Origin: Azolla caroliniana
Lineage: Eukaryota; Plantae; Polypodiophyta
DNA length: 64,000 bases
Direction of reading: 5' to 3'
NCBI GenBank assembly: GCA_043228905.1
Contig: JBHGNT010000003.1
Coordinates: 16,988,001 to 17,052,000 of the forward strand
Each line of letters opens with the position of its first letter. Position 1 is the first letter of the stretch. A program made the position numbers and the translations under genes. Below the pieces are notes generated by a model that worked only from the letters and a program-made list of their open reading frames with translations, made no database searches and had not been told where the DNA came from. Below are positions 46,701 through 58,348 of this stretch, one piece after another.

Positions 46701-49700
46701 GGTAATCATTGTCTCGTAGTTAGTGTCAGTCGCACGTACGAATATTGAAATACCTATTAGTACTTCTGTCAGTCCTTTATGGACTTGTATAAATAATGTT
46801 GTTATAGCACATTGTATGTACAGAGTTACAGAGTGTTTTTTGAATCTACGTTTACGTTCTGCTCTCTCTGTCTCTCCCGCGTATACTCTCTGTGTATTAA
46901 GCTTCTCCATTAAACCTTCATCTTTTTCTCTATTGCTATCAGGCTGAGCCGGTTCTGTCTAACGCTTTCGCACGTTAACATTAACAAATCTTTTATTTCG
47001 ATTGGGGATTGTACATTTGGAAGATGTGGTTGATAATGAATCTCAAAGGTTGTCGGATTTTGAAGATGCCAAGTGATGGTTATGTATTCCCCCAAATTAT
47101 GGATTTATTTGGGAGAAATTACAAGATATACCATTGTTGCAAGGATCTTTGCCTACAAGATGGTACACACTTGTTACAAGTCACTACAAATATATTGTAT
47201 CATCATTATCTTGGCTATCTCCTAAAGCAACGAAGTTGTGGAATGTATGTAAGTCAGATGCAAGGTGGTGGAAAATATTACAACTTAGTAGCCATTCCCA
47301 TCTACCATTTCGTGCAAAGGTATTCATTCATATGGAGAGTCATGATTGGTGGGCTCTCATTAGGTTCGGCCTTAAAGACACGAGGACTAGCGTTCGACAC
47401 TTGTTTCTTTTACACCGTTCCATTGGAGGATAGTACACATAGGTTCATTAAATGTCCTATAGCGTGTACCATTTGGAAGTACTTATCGGACATTTGGCAA
47501 GTTTTAACCCGTTGTTGTTTGAGACCTCAACAATGGGTTTTTTCTCAATATGTTCAAAATGGTTCAAATGATGAGATGGAGATATTGTTCCAATTTTTAC
47601 GTTATTGGGGTCTACAACACAGTTGGAATATGCGTAATGCTTTCATGTTTGATAATAGACATGGGGTGAAAGCCTATATAACGAAGCTTAAAGGTATTCT
47701 CATGTGGAATTTTTGGATGTTAGAGCATGTGGGGATCATTTCCTCAAATGCATATTCAGGTTTTTTAATAGCATTATAGAACGTCCCTCTCCCTACATAG
47801 GCATATGATAGGTAGAGGAGACTAAGAAGTGTTGTAACTAAGTGAATTTTACATACAAGCTATATAATTATGTGCTTTTACCAAAAAGAAAAAGAGAGAG
47901 AGAATATCTATATGTGTGATTTGTGAATACCTTTGTTACGATGGTTGTGTAAACTATTTGAAGATTGGGAGATTGTTACTTTGGCAAAGCGATGTGTTAT
48001 GTAGTTTGGTAGAGTACTATAAATATGGGGGGTAACATATATGTGTCTGAGTATTTGAATCCATAAACTTGATGGAAAACCAAGGGAGCTTTTGGTGTAC
48101 AAATGTTGGCATGTGCATATGCTTGTGTGTTCATATTAGGAACCTAGTTTGAATATTTCTATTTATCAACTTATCTTGATTATATTCAGTAAGAAGTTAA
48201 GATTAGACTTGTTTCGTGTTTCTAGGGAGTATCCTAAATTTCCTTGAGATCACTTTTTTTAAATTACAAAGTGCAGCATTTTCATGATCGTATTAACAAT
48301 ATTGGTTTTTTCCATGAATAACTTGGTATTTGCTCTTTGAAGACCTAATTTAGTCAAGAAAGTCTTTCCATAAAAGGATCACTCAATGTATGGTTAGTTG
48401 AAATCGACAAATAGGTTCCCAACCCTAAAAGTAAGTATTCTTTGATATATATGTTACATATGTGGGAACCAAAAACTTTATAATGAAGGAGAAATATAGG
48501 AAAAAACAAATTGGCGTGTTTTTCACGTTTATATTTGTTTATTACGAGAATCATCCCTTGTGTTTGTCAATTATAATTTTTGTACAAATATTGATATAGG
48601 TGAACATGATATGGACCCATGAAAAAATGTCCTTCAATGCTATCTTTAGAAAAACGGGTAAGCTTTTGAGTTTGCCTAACTTGTGAAGGCAAAAGTTTTA
48701 CGTTATCTTTATTAGGAGGACAATAGATGAATTTGTTAAGAAGGATATTACTCTTACCTTGTGAATAGTAAGTCTCATTGGAAATTCTGAATTTTGCATA
48801 TTAGATAATATTATGAGGATAATATTGTTTATGAACTTTTTAAAAAGGATATAATTGTTTCTTTGTGAATGATAAGTTTCATTAGAAATTCTGAATTTTG
48901 GACATTAGTTAATAGCGCCTACATTAGACCAATTATCTAATTCTTCAACCAACTACTTAGATCATGTAATTATTGTGTGTTTAACAAGTTTGTTTTGTAT
49001 TGGAGTTGTTTACCATGGATTGCTTCTAATGAAAGTAGTGTAATTTTCTAGGGCATGCACTCTAAGATTGGAATACAATGTGAATACAATGTGTTCCTTG
49101 CAAAAAAGAACAAACACATTATTGACCTTTCAAAACACTAGCATAAAAGTTGTGTTATCTTTTGAAAACTAGTTGAGATGAACTTATTATCCATGTAATA
49201 AATGCGAACAACCTATATATGCCAAATAAAGTTCTAACTTTGTTCTCATGAAGATGACCATAGTCCACAAAATGACCTCATCGACCTTGATCACGATTCC
49301 TCATAATAAGCATCCGCATATTTGTATACCACTTTTGTTAAAGTTAGTGACCAAATGAGCATGTGGGTACCAAACTTATTTACAATACTTGCCAGTCGCG
49401 TAAATGTCACAATATTCCTTATGTGATTGATGGGCCTTGTAAATTGGCTAGATCGTATTGTATCATGTGTGTCATTATTCAAAGCACCATGGGAAACTTT
49501 ATTTTGGAAGGTTATGAAGGTTAAAAGGTGAGGGTGGTCCCTATATATATATATATATATATAGTTTTGCAACAAATTTTAGTGGTGTGATAGAAAATTG
49601 TTGGTAGGAGATCAAGTATATAGACTGAATATAGAGAAAGGTGACATTGTCACTCACAATATCTAAGTTGTATGCAAACGATTCATCGCCTTCAATTGTT

Positions 49701-49706
49701 TGGAAT

Positions 49707-51638
49707 ATGAACACATCATATAGGCGATATTCAAGGAAGGGGACATTTAAACTCGGGGGTAAGCATGAGAGGGATTATGAGGAAGAAGTCCATGATGACC
49801 TTAGGAAAGCTTTTAATCTATTTGACAAAGACCAATCAGGTGAGGGTTTTTCCATTTTTTATTTTTAGCATTTTTCATATGTACTTTGTATGTATTGTGG
49901 TGTACCTTTGTGCTCATAGTATTATGTCTTTTTTTAATAGTTTTTTTTAGATGTATTGTGTATCTATGTTTTTTATTTTCATCTTGTAATACTTGTTTGT
50001 TTGTCATGTTAGGATATATTGATCGAGGAGAGTTCAAGGATGCCATGAGGTCTTTGCCTATGAACAAAGAAAAAAATCACTCTTGCTTCATGATGTTTCA
50101 GTTTGCTAAGTTTCTTAAGTCTAAGGCAAATCCATCGTAGCATGTGGCATGCTTGGCAAGATTGGAAATGGTTTCCTGATAGAAAACTTTCTTTTAAGGA
50201 AACTATTTCCAGATAATTTTCTTTCTTTCTTTCGTTTGGCTTATATTTAAGTCGGGATTTCTATTTATTGTGCAGGGCTTTGGGATTTTCTGACATAACT
50301 GATAAGGTAATTAATTTTGAAGACTTTTGTTTTGCTAATTTTTGGAATATAACTAATAATGTAATCAATTTTGAGGGCTTTTGTTTTGTTCTATTATTGA
50401 ATAATGGATCAAGGATACACCATACATTAATAAGTCATAATTCCATATTCAATGGTGTAATCATCGCATTATCTTTAGGAAAATAATATTATAAAAGCAA
50501 AAATATTATCAAATGGTAATGAGTTGTTAGCGGGCTAATATGATCTCAAAACCAAAATTATGGAAGAGTGTTTTGTAATGAATCCATGCATTCAAACCCT
50601 TGCTTATAACTTTGACACCACAAACCTTTAACGTTGCGAACCATGAGCTTTTTTAACACCAAACCTTATCTATAATTTTATTTTTGTCATCGCTCAATAA
50701 TCGATGTGTGTGTGAATATTTTGTTTTAATTATGTTTCCCTAGGAGGCGTTCCAATATTTCACAAAATTCGATAAAAACCATGATGGTTTTATAGATTAT
50801 GACGAGTTTGTGGAAATGACAACTCCGAAAATAGAAGAAAAGGGGATTGCCCATGAAATTTTTCGTCGTTTTCAAGCTTCAAACAATGTAAGTGATTTTA
50901 TCTTGTTCATTCCCGCAATTTTTATGGACTTCCAAGGACATTAAAATATCATAATCATTGTCTTTCTCTAGTCATATTTGACCTTCGAAGATGATAATCA
51001 AATCTATCTATCAATCTATTCATCTCTTGCCTCAAGCCATATTTGGGGTATGAGGATGCTATAGACGTATGTATTACTCCTTGAGATGCTTAGTTAGAAA
51101 TGCATATGCAATAATGTAAAGTTCCAAGTTAGAACAACTAATAAGCATCATTTGGATTGTGCAACCTGTTGCTATAGAAACAAATATCTCTTCATACTTT
51201 ACTACCATTTCTTAGTTGCTTGCATGCATTTTCAAATTACTATAATCTACAATAATTTTTTATGCGATATAATTAGGGCCTAATTTCAAACAACTAATGA
51301 CCTTTTCCTTTGGGAAACATTGATAGAAAATTACATTTGAAGACATAAAACGAGTTGCCAATGAATATCAAGTATCATTTCAAGAAGAAGAGCTACGCGA
51401 TATGTTTCATTATGCTGACAAAAACAGTAAGTTGAACATAAATATTGGGATAAAGAAACATGAGAATGTATTTACACTTAATAGAAAATGTGTTTCCTTG
51501 TTAAGGATAAGAACACATACATAATTTACTTACTATGTTGATGAATCATTAGGAGATGGTGGTATTGATGAAAAGGAGTTCCAAAAAGTTTATGATGAGT
51601 GCCGAAAACTATCATCAACTACCGTTTCTACCATTTAG
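49707..51638 (+). CDS. Divergent centrin/caltractin-like EF-hand Ca2+-binding protein (176 aa). Exons 49707-49839, 50013-50049, 50276-50306, 50744-50887, 51327-51426, 51553-51638
   Basis: All introns GT-AG and phases consistent (531 nt). EF1 DKDQSGYIDRGE, AMRALGF, EF2 DKNHDGFIDYDE, centrin-like KITFEDIKRVANE...EEELRDMF, EF4 DKNRDGGIDEKE. Confidence 0.85.
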
Positions 51639-53612
51639 AAAGTTTCTACCCTAAATGAGATATGAAGCATCCATGCATTGCAACTATATTCCACATAGGT
51701 TAAGACATCTTCAAGGTTATTTTGCAAAATTTACCATTGCTTCGAATTGGCTTTTCAAAGTTTCTACCCTAGATGGTATATGAAACATCCATGTGCTACA
51801 ACTATATTCCTTAATACATATGAGCACCCATATTTGAAGTCCATGTTTCACTCGTAGGAAGTTTGTGAAAAATGTGTTCTCAAGATGACTATATGTATAC
51901 ATGTATTTAGTATGTACATAATTATTGGTGATGGCTATCTTTGTAAATTTGTGTGTTCACACATTTAGTATACATGAATAGAAATATAAAAACATGAACA
52001 CACACACACATAGAGTTTGTGTTAAGAGTGAGTCAATGTGTTGTCCACGAGGTGTTGTCGCCTCAAGTACACTTCAACCTAGTGGAATTTGCACACTCCA
52101 AGGTCGTGTCGAGGAATTCGATCTCACTTTTACCATACTAGGGGCAGCCAAGTAGTATGATTCATGGACTTGAAAGGAGGCACACAACAACATGATATGC
52201 CCTATTATTAGAGTACAAATTGGTCAAATCTTTACATAAAGGTGGAGATGTAAATAATGTAAACATTATTGGGCTATCATGGTTGACTCACTTTGGCAAA
52301 ATTATTTGGACGCGTTATGAAATCAAAAGTATGTGCATGAGCCAAAAAAAGTGGTGAAAGAGCTAATGGACAAGCTGGCTTTCAAAAATATCATAAAATC
52401 ATAGGTCACCATGTTGCCCTTTGAGTATTAATCGATGAAAGTCACTTGAAAGGTAAAGGTTTATCTTGTTACTTTGTAGACATCAAGAAAGCTTTTGATG
52501 TGGTACATTATGAGCATATTTGGAGGTGCATTGAAGAACTCGAGTTGCCAATTGAATATATGCTTGCAATTTCCCAACTCTATAGAAGGTTATATGTTGT
52601 GTGTATATAGGCAATGAAATTTTAAATTTTTTTCAATAGCATTAGGTGGAAAGCTTGAAATACCTTGGCCTTCAAGTTCCCCCAAATCATAGATGGAATG
52701 AATGTGCTACCCAATGCTTAGAGGGGTGAAAGAGAGCATATTATGCATTTAAGAACATTTGCAATTAGGGAGAATTTACATGTTGGGTCCTCAAGCAATG
52801 CCTTTTTGACATTTTGGCAACACCAATGCTTATCTATACGGAAGAAATATGGGATTGCTTCTTAAGATGGTATCACTTCTTATTTAGATCATGGCCATTA
52901 GAACAGTTGTCAAATACATGTTTTACGATTTAGAGTCATCCCTCCCATAAACTTCCGAGAATCACAATATTGGAAACAAGCAAAAAGGTCCTGGGGCACA
53001 TAAGGAAAATGGTGTTCCCATTGGGCCCAAGATATAGAAAAAGATGCACCATACTTGCTTTATGATCCATCAATAGATTCCTCTTTGAATGAGGTCGTTT
53101 GCAATGTCAATATATCACGATGTGGAAAAAATGTGGTGGCTCACACTCCATGCACATCAATGCATGTTAGAGCCCATCTTGTTATCTACTATCTAAACTA
53201 GGGATCGGCAATGGCTCGGCTCAAGCCTAAACCGTTTGGCTAAAGAGGCTTAGCAGCTCGGCTCGGCTCGGCTTAGGCTTGAACCTGCCTTAACGGTTTG
53301 AGCTCGGCTCGGCTTGGCTTGAGCCTCGCCAAACCGGCTCAAACCGGTTAAGCCATTTAGAAACTTGAGAGAGGGAGAGAGAGGGAGGGAGACTACACAG
53401 ATGAGGAGAGAGAGAGGGGGAGGGGAGACTACACAGATGAGGAGAGAGAGAGAGGAGAGGGCGACTACACAGAGAGAGGGAGGGAGGGAGGGAGACTACA
53501 TAGAAAGAGAGAGGGAGAGGGAGGGAGACTACACAGACGAGAAGAGAGAGAGAGAGAGGGAGGGAGACTACACAGACGAGAAGAGAGAGAGAGGGAGGGA
53601 GGGAGACTACAC

Positions 53613-53665
<53 letters not shown>

Positions 53666-53809
53666 CAAATGTGAGAGATAGATAGATAGATTATATTATC
53701 GTCTTCGGAGGTCAAATATGACCTATGAGACCAAAAAATATTACATTTCACGTGATACGTGTGAAAGTGAAAGAGAGAGGGAGGGTGAGAGAGAGAGAGA
53801 GAGAGAGGG

Positions 53810-54786
53810 ATGTCGGATTTTGAAGATGCCAAGCGATGGTTATGTATTCCCCCAAATTATGGATTTATTTGGGAGAAATTACAAGATATACCATTGTTGC
53901 AAGGATCTTTGCCTACAAGATGGTACACACTTGTTACAAGTCACTACAAATATATTGTATCATCATTATCTTGGCTATCTCCTAAAGCAACGAAGTTGTG
54001 GAATGTATGTAAGTCAGATGCAAGGTGGTGGAAAATATTACAACTTAGTAGCCATTCCCATCTACCATTTCGTGCAAAGGTATTCATATGGAGAGTCATG
54101 ATTGGTGGGCTCCCATTAGGTTCGGCCTTAAAGACACGAGGACTAGCGTTCGACACTTGTTTTTTTTACACCGTTCCATTGGAGGATAGTACCCATAGGT
54201 TCATTAAATGTCCTATAGCGTGTACCATTTGGAAGTACTTATTGGACATTTGGCAAGTTTTAACCCGTTGTTGTTTGAGACCTCAACAATGGGTTTTTTC
54301 TCAATATGTTCAAAATGGTTCAAATGATGAGATGGAGATATTGTTCCAATTTTTACGCTATTGGGTTCTACAACACAATTGGAATATGCGTAATGCTTTC
54401 ATGTTTGATAATAGACATGGGGTGAAAGCCTATATAAAGAAGCTTAAAGGTATTCTCATGTGGAATTTTTGGATGTTAGAGCATGTGGGGATCATTTCCT
54501 CAAATGCATATTCAGGTTTTTTTAATAGCATTACAGAACGTCCCTCTCCCTACATAGGCATATGATAGGTAGAGGAGACTAAGAAGTGTTGTAACTAAGT
54601 GGATTTTACTAGGGATCGGCAACGGTTCGGTTTAGGCTTAAGCCGATTTGGCCTGATCCAAGCCAAACCGGCTAAGCCTAAACCGTTTTGGGGATCTCAA
54701 ACCTAAACCGAACCAGTTCACAAACCAGTTTATCCTAAACCCGTTTGTGAACCAGTTCAGTAAACGGCTTGGAAACCGGTTTGGAA

Positions 54787-54854
<68 letters not shown>

Positions 54855-54868
54855 ACTTGTCTGTTGTC

Positions 54869-54900
<32 letters not shown>

Positions 54901-55105
54901 CCCCCCCCCCTCTCTCTCAAGTTTCTAAATGGCTTATCCGGCTTAGTCGGCTTGAGCTAGTTAGAGCTGGTTGGCGAGGCTCAAGCCAAGCCGAGTCGAG
55001 CCACTAAGCCACTTTAAGCCGGTTAAGCCAAACGGTTTAGGCTTGAGCCGAGTTGTTGCCGATCCCTAGATTTTACATAAATTAATATAATTGTGTGCTC
55101 TTACC

Positions 55106-55110
<5 letters not shown>
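53810..55110 (+). mobile_element. Second copy of the L1 3' fragment (near-identical to ~47051-47890), interrupted by the MITE
   Basis: Direct near-identity with 47051-47890. ORF 53810..54565 carries the zf-RVT-like C-terminus. Confidence 0.9.
54610..55068. mobile_element. hAT-type MITE (459 bp), same family as 53199-56728, opposite orientation
   Basis: TIRs TAGGGATCGGCAAC/GTTGCCGATCCCTA, perfect 8-bp TSD GATTTTAC, central (CT)n. Confidence 0.93.
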
Positions 55111-55160
<50 letters not shown>

Positions 55161-55220
55161 AGACTACACAAACGTGAGAGAGGGACGGAGGGAGGCAAGG
55201 AGCTTGTATTCTACATAGTG

Positions 55221-56560
55221 GATAGATAGATAGATAGATAGATTATATTATCAGCTTCGGAGGTCAAATATGACCTATGAGACCAAAAATATTACATTTC
55301 ACGTGATATGTGTGAAAGTGAGTAGTGACTCTCGATGTTCAAGAACTTTACCAATGAATGTTGCAATCAAGAGTGCACATTGTGGTTGTTAGAGGAATTC
55401 ATGCAAAGATTGGGCTCGGTCGAAGAGATGTGGAAAGCATGGTCGAATATGATCAAAGGCAGAGCATTGTATCAAAGTGTGATACTCAAACTCGCGAACT
55501 TGTTTAGGGCAAAGTGTGCATAGCCGACCACTCTCATCACTTGTGCCCCAACGCCCTATTTCACATCGCAATGTATGTGAGCTAAGTCGCATGGAAGCAA
55601 TGGTTCGAATGGCAGATAACGGTATGGGCTCTAACATATATCGATGTGTATGATTTCCCCGTTCCGCAAAGAATATGGTTTTGTAGTTAGGTGCAACATG
55701 TGTAGTATAATGTGTGAAGCGTGAGCCTCCACATTTGTCCCATGTCATGATACATTGGCGTTGCAAAAAGGCCTCATATACACAGGAATCTAATGATGCA
55801 TCATGAAGCAAGTGTCTCGCATCCCATCTACCAAACCATTTTTCTATATCTTGCATCCAACCGGAACACAAAATTTTGCTTTTATGCGTCTTTTGGATCT
55901 TTTTGCTTGCTTCCCACGCAATTCTAGGAATTCGATGTGAGGGACTTTTTTGAACCTTAAGCATGTATTCAATAACCCTTTCCATGGCCATGGTCTCAAT
56001 GGGAAACAATCCCGTCTCAAGGAGGAGGGTGTAGGGCGTTTGTTTCTTAACTTGTAGAAACTTTGTAAGAAAATGTTTTTGGACATTTTCAAACTCTTTC
56101 CACATAGATTTAGGGATGCTACCACCCCATACTTCCACGCCATAGAGAAGAACCGGTGTCACCAAAGTGTCGAAAAGATATTTCTTGAGGACCCAACACT
56201 TAATATCTCCAAGGTTGCATGTGTTCTCAAATGCATAGTATGCTCGCTTACCCGCCTTTAAGTGGCGTGTAGCACATTCATTCCATCTATGATTTGAAGG
56301 AACTTCAAGGCCAAGATATTTGAAGCTTTCCACACATTCAAGTGGCTCATTGTTGTACATAATACATGGTTTATCTCTTTTTTGGCTCTTCACAAGCATA
56401 ATCTTTATTTTAGAGCTATTGACACTTGATTTAGTATTCATACAAAAATTTTCCAATGCCTTCATAAGCTTTTGTGCATCTCCTAAAGTATTTGCAAAAA
56501 GCACTACATCATCTGCAGATAGCAAAAGCATAATCACACATTCCCAATGGCAACTTCTTC
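55221..56560 (-). mobile_element. 5'-truncated RTEX-like LINE with ORF2 C-terminus, 3' UTR and (ATCT)n tail
   Basis: LSADDVVL, FKYLGL, PVLLYGVEVW, MRLSSHTLRCEIGRW, RLCTLC...EYHTLIQC. Tail ...GGTCATATTTGACC...ATCTATCTATCT. Confidence 0.87.
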
Positions 56561-56984
56561 AACACAATAGAGAGAGAGAGAGAGAGCTAGGGAGAGAGAG
56601 GGAGGGTGGGAGGTTTCCAAACTGTTTGACAAGTTGTTTCCCAAACTGGTTTAGGATTTGTTTGGTTCAGGTTTGAGAACCCTAAAACGGTTTAGGTTAA
56701 GCTTAAACCGAACCGTTGCCGGTCCCTAATCCAAACCATTGCTTCCACATGATTTAGCTCACATTTCACTATGTTTTCCACATATCTTTATAATCACAAT
56801 GTGCACTCTTAATTGCAAGATTCATTAGTAAAGTATATTACATGTGAGAAAATATTTGTTCTCTTTCTCTTATTGTAATTAGAGCTTATCCTTGTGATAA
56901 GTTGTTACACTATTTATGACCCAATTTTCTCACCATTCTATTACCCATAGATAATCTCTTAATTTACTAAATGCCACCATGGAA

Positions 56985-57045
56985 TATAGGGGTTGAACCC
57001 AAGGCCACCTAGTCTCCATTGGGCAACCTTACCAATTGAGCTACA
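56985..57045 (-). other. tRNA-derived Pol III head (SINE-like or tRNA pseudogene)
   Basis: A box TAGCTCAATTGG and B box GGTTCAACCCC at tRNA spacing. No convincing acceptor stem. Confidence 0.55.
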
Positions 57046-57129
57046 TTCATCTAGGCTCTTTGTTTATATCTTAGTGAAATATAAGGAAATATAATGCCTA
57101 GATCTATTTGAAGAGAGATTAAAAATATC

Positions 57130-58050
57130 CAAAATTGTTTAATTACAAAGTCTCTTCAAGTCAAGAAACCGACATGTACTTTCCTATACATAATTACTTC
57201 CCATTGAGATTTTGGCCATTGAAAGGGTTGTTGGGCACATGCTCAAGGTTCAAAAATGTCCCTAGAATTCAATGGGAAGCAAGAAAAAAGATCTAAATGA
57301 AACATGAAAGCAAATTTGTGTTTCTATTGTAAGCAAGATATGAAAAGTGGGTGCAATGATGCGTAAATAGATTCCTTGTGAATGAGGCCTTTAGGCTTTT
57401 ACAATGTTCTTGTATAATGACACAAGAAAAATTTGGAGGCTCATGCCTAACAATTTATACTACATATGTGCCACAACTAGAAAACCATAGCCTATCTAGT
57501 TGTCTACCATCCAAAACCACTATTTCCATACAACTTGGTTCACACTCGCTTTCGATGTCAAATGGCACTTTGGAGGACAAATGGTGACCTAAAAAAATTG
57601 TCCACATTTCTCAATAAACATGTTCTAAAGTCTTAAGTATCACACTTGATAAAATAATTTGCTTCACAAAACATGGAAACCAAACACACCAATACATGTC
57701 AAAGCCTATCTAGTTGTCCACCCTCCTAAACATTGCTTCCATACAACTTAGTTCACTCACTTCAATGTGAGATGGGACAATTGGGACACAAAAGATGAAA
57801 CAAGCAAATTGCCCACATTTTCCCCCAAACAAGCTCAAGAGTTGAAGTATACTCTTGATACACTATTTCGCTCACATTTGACAATACTTTCCACACATCA
57901 TAAAGTCAAATTTTGCTCGAAAAACTATAAGCACTCTCAATTGCAATATTCATAAGCATTAAAACGCGCCATAAATATTTCGAAACTATTGAGAATTTGT
58001 TCTTGACCATTCATAGCCTAATTTATGCCAACCTTTCAGGTAGATGAAAG
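57130..58050 (+). mobile_element. Decayed RTEX-like LINE 3' fragment with internal duplication (~57490-57620 vs ~57703-57850)
   Basis: Nucleotide remnants homologous to 55389..56537 (e.g. CCCATTGAGA..TGGCCAT.GAAAGGGTT..TG..ACATGCT.AAGGTTCAAAAA). Confidence 0.65.
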
Positions 58051-58348
58051 GCAAATATCCAAATAGTAGGCCAATCAATCCCATTGTTAAAGCAAAAGGA
58101 ACATTATACCCCCCATCATCTAGATTCAAACCATTGCTCAATACAAACTTGTTCTCGAGCAAAACTTTCTAGTTCAATCAAATTTACCCATGGTGGTATA
58201 CAATACCCTAGATATGTTTTCCAGCTAATGCTTATATGCTTAGTTTGGGCATCATTGTTCTAAAGCCTCTCAAAAAATGCCTCGTCATTTTTGTTTAAAC
58301 CGAGTATATATCCTAAGAGAATCATAACTCATCTAGAAACAATCCTTC

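Larger units (their letters stand above)
33277..46986 (+). mobile_element. Decayed Ty1/Copia (Copia-3) hosting three nested insertions
   Basis: LTRs 33277-33805 and 46578-46986. TSD AATCG/AATCT. PBS TGGTATCAGAGC 33806-33817. PPT GAGGGGGAG before 46578. Gag 33899.., PR WHVDSGAS, IN 43738..44487, RT/RH fragments 44650-45900 with an RT N-terminal deletion. Confidence 0.9.
33241..47900 (+). mobile_element. 5'-truncated L1 3' fragment (33241-33276 plus 46987-47900), split by Copia-3
   Basis: GKEKLRSQFN|...RLGIVHLEDVVD...IPPNYGFIW...EDSTHRFIKCPIA...WNMRN. Ends in an A/GA-rich tail at ~47883-47902. Confidence 0.8.
53199..56728. mobile_element. Non-autonomous hAT element (3.5 kb) with cargo between GA-rich tracts
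   Basis: TIRs TAGGGATCGGCAA.../...TTGCCGGTCCCTA. 8-bp TSD ATCTAAAC/ATCCAAAC. Subterminal GGCTC/AAACC repeats. No transposase. Confidence 0.85.
52140..56830 (+). mobile_element. Heavily decayed RTEX-like LINE (52140-53198 plus 56729-56830), split by the hAT element
   Basis: Remnants VDIKKAFD and YLGLQVPPNHRWNEC, homologous to 55389..56537. Sequence resumes after the 8-bp TSD. Confidence 0.7.

Noticed and set aside
49291-49575. 94-aa minus-strand ORF upstream of the centrin-like gene
   Set aside because: Starts in a (TA)n tract with no recognisable motif; possibly old LINE debris but unsupported.
50575-50650. Possible tRNA-like module in centrin intron 3 (GGGTTTGAATGC on the minus strand)
   Set aside because: A box and stems too degenerate to support.
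53290-55007. (ER)n/(SL)n ORFs here and similar ones in LTRs
   Set aside because: Translations of (GA)n tracts.
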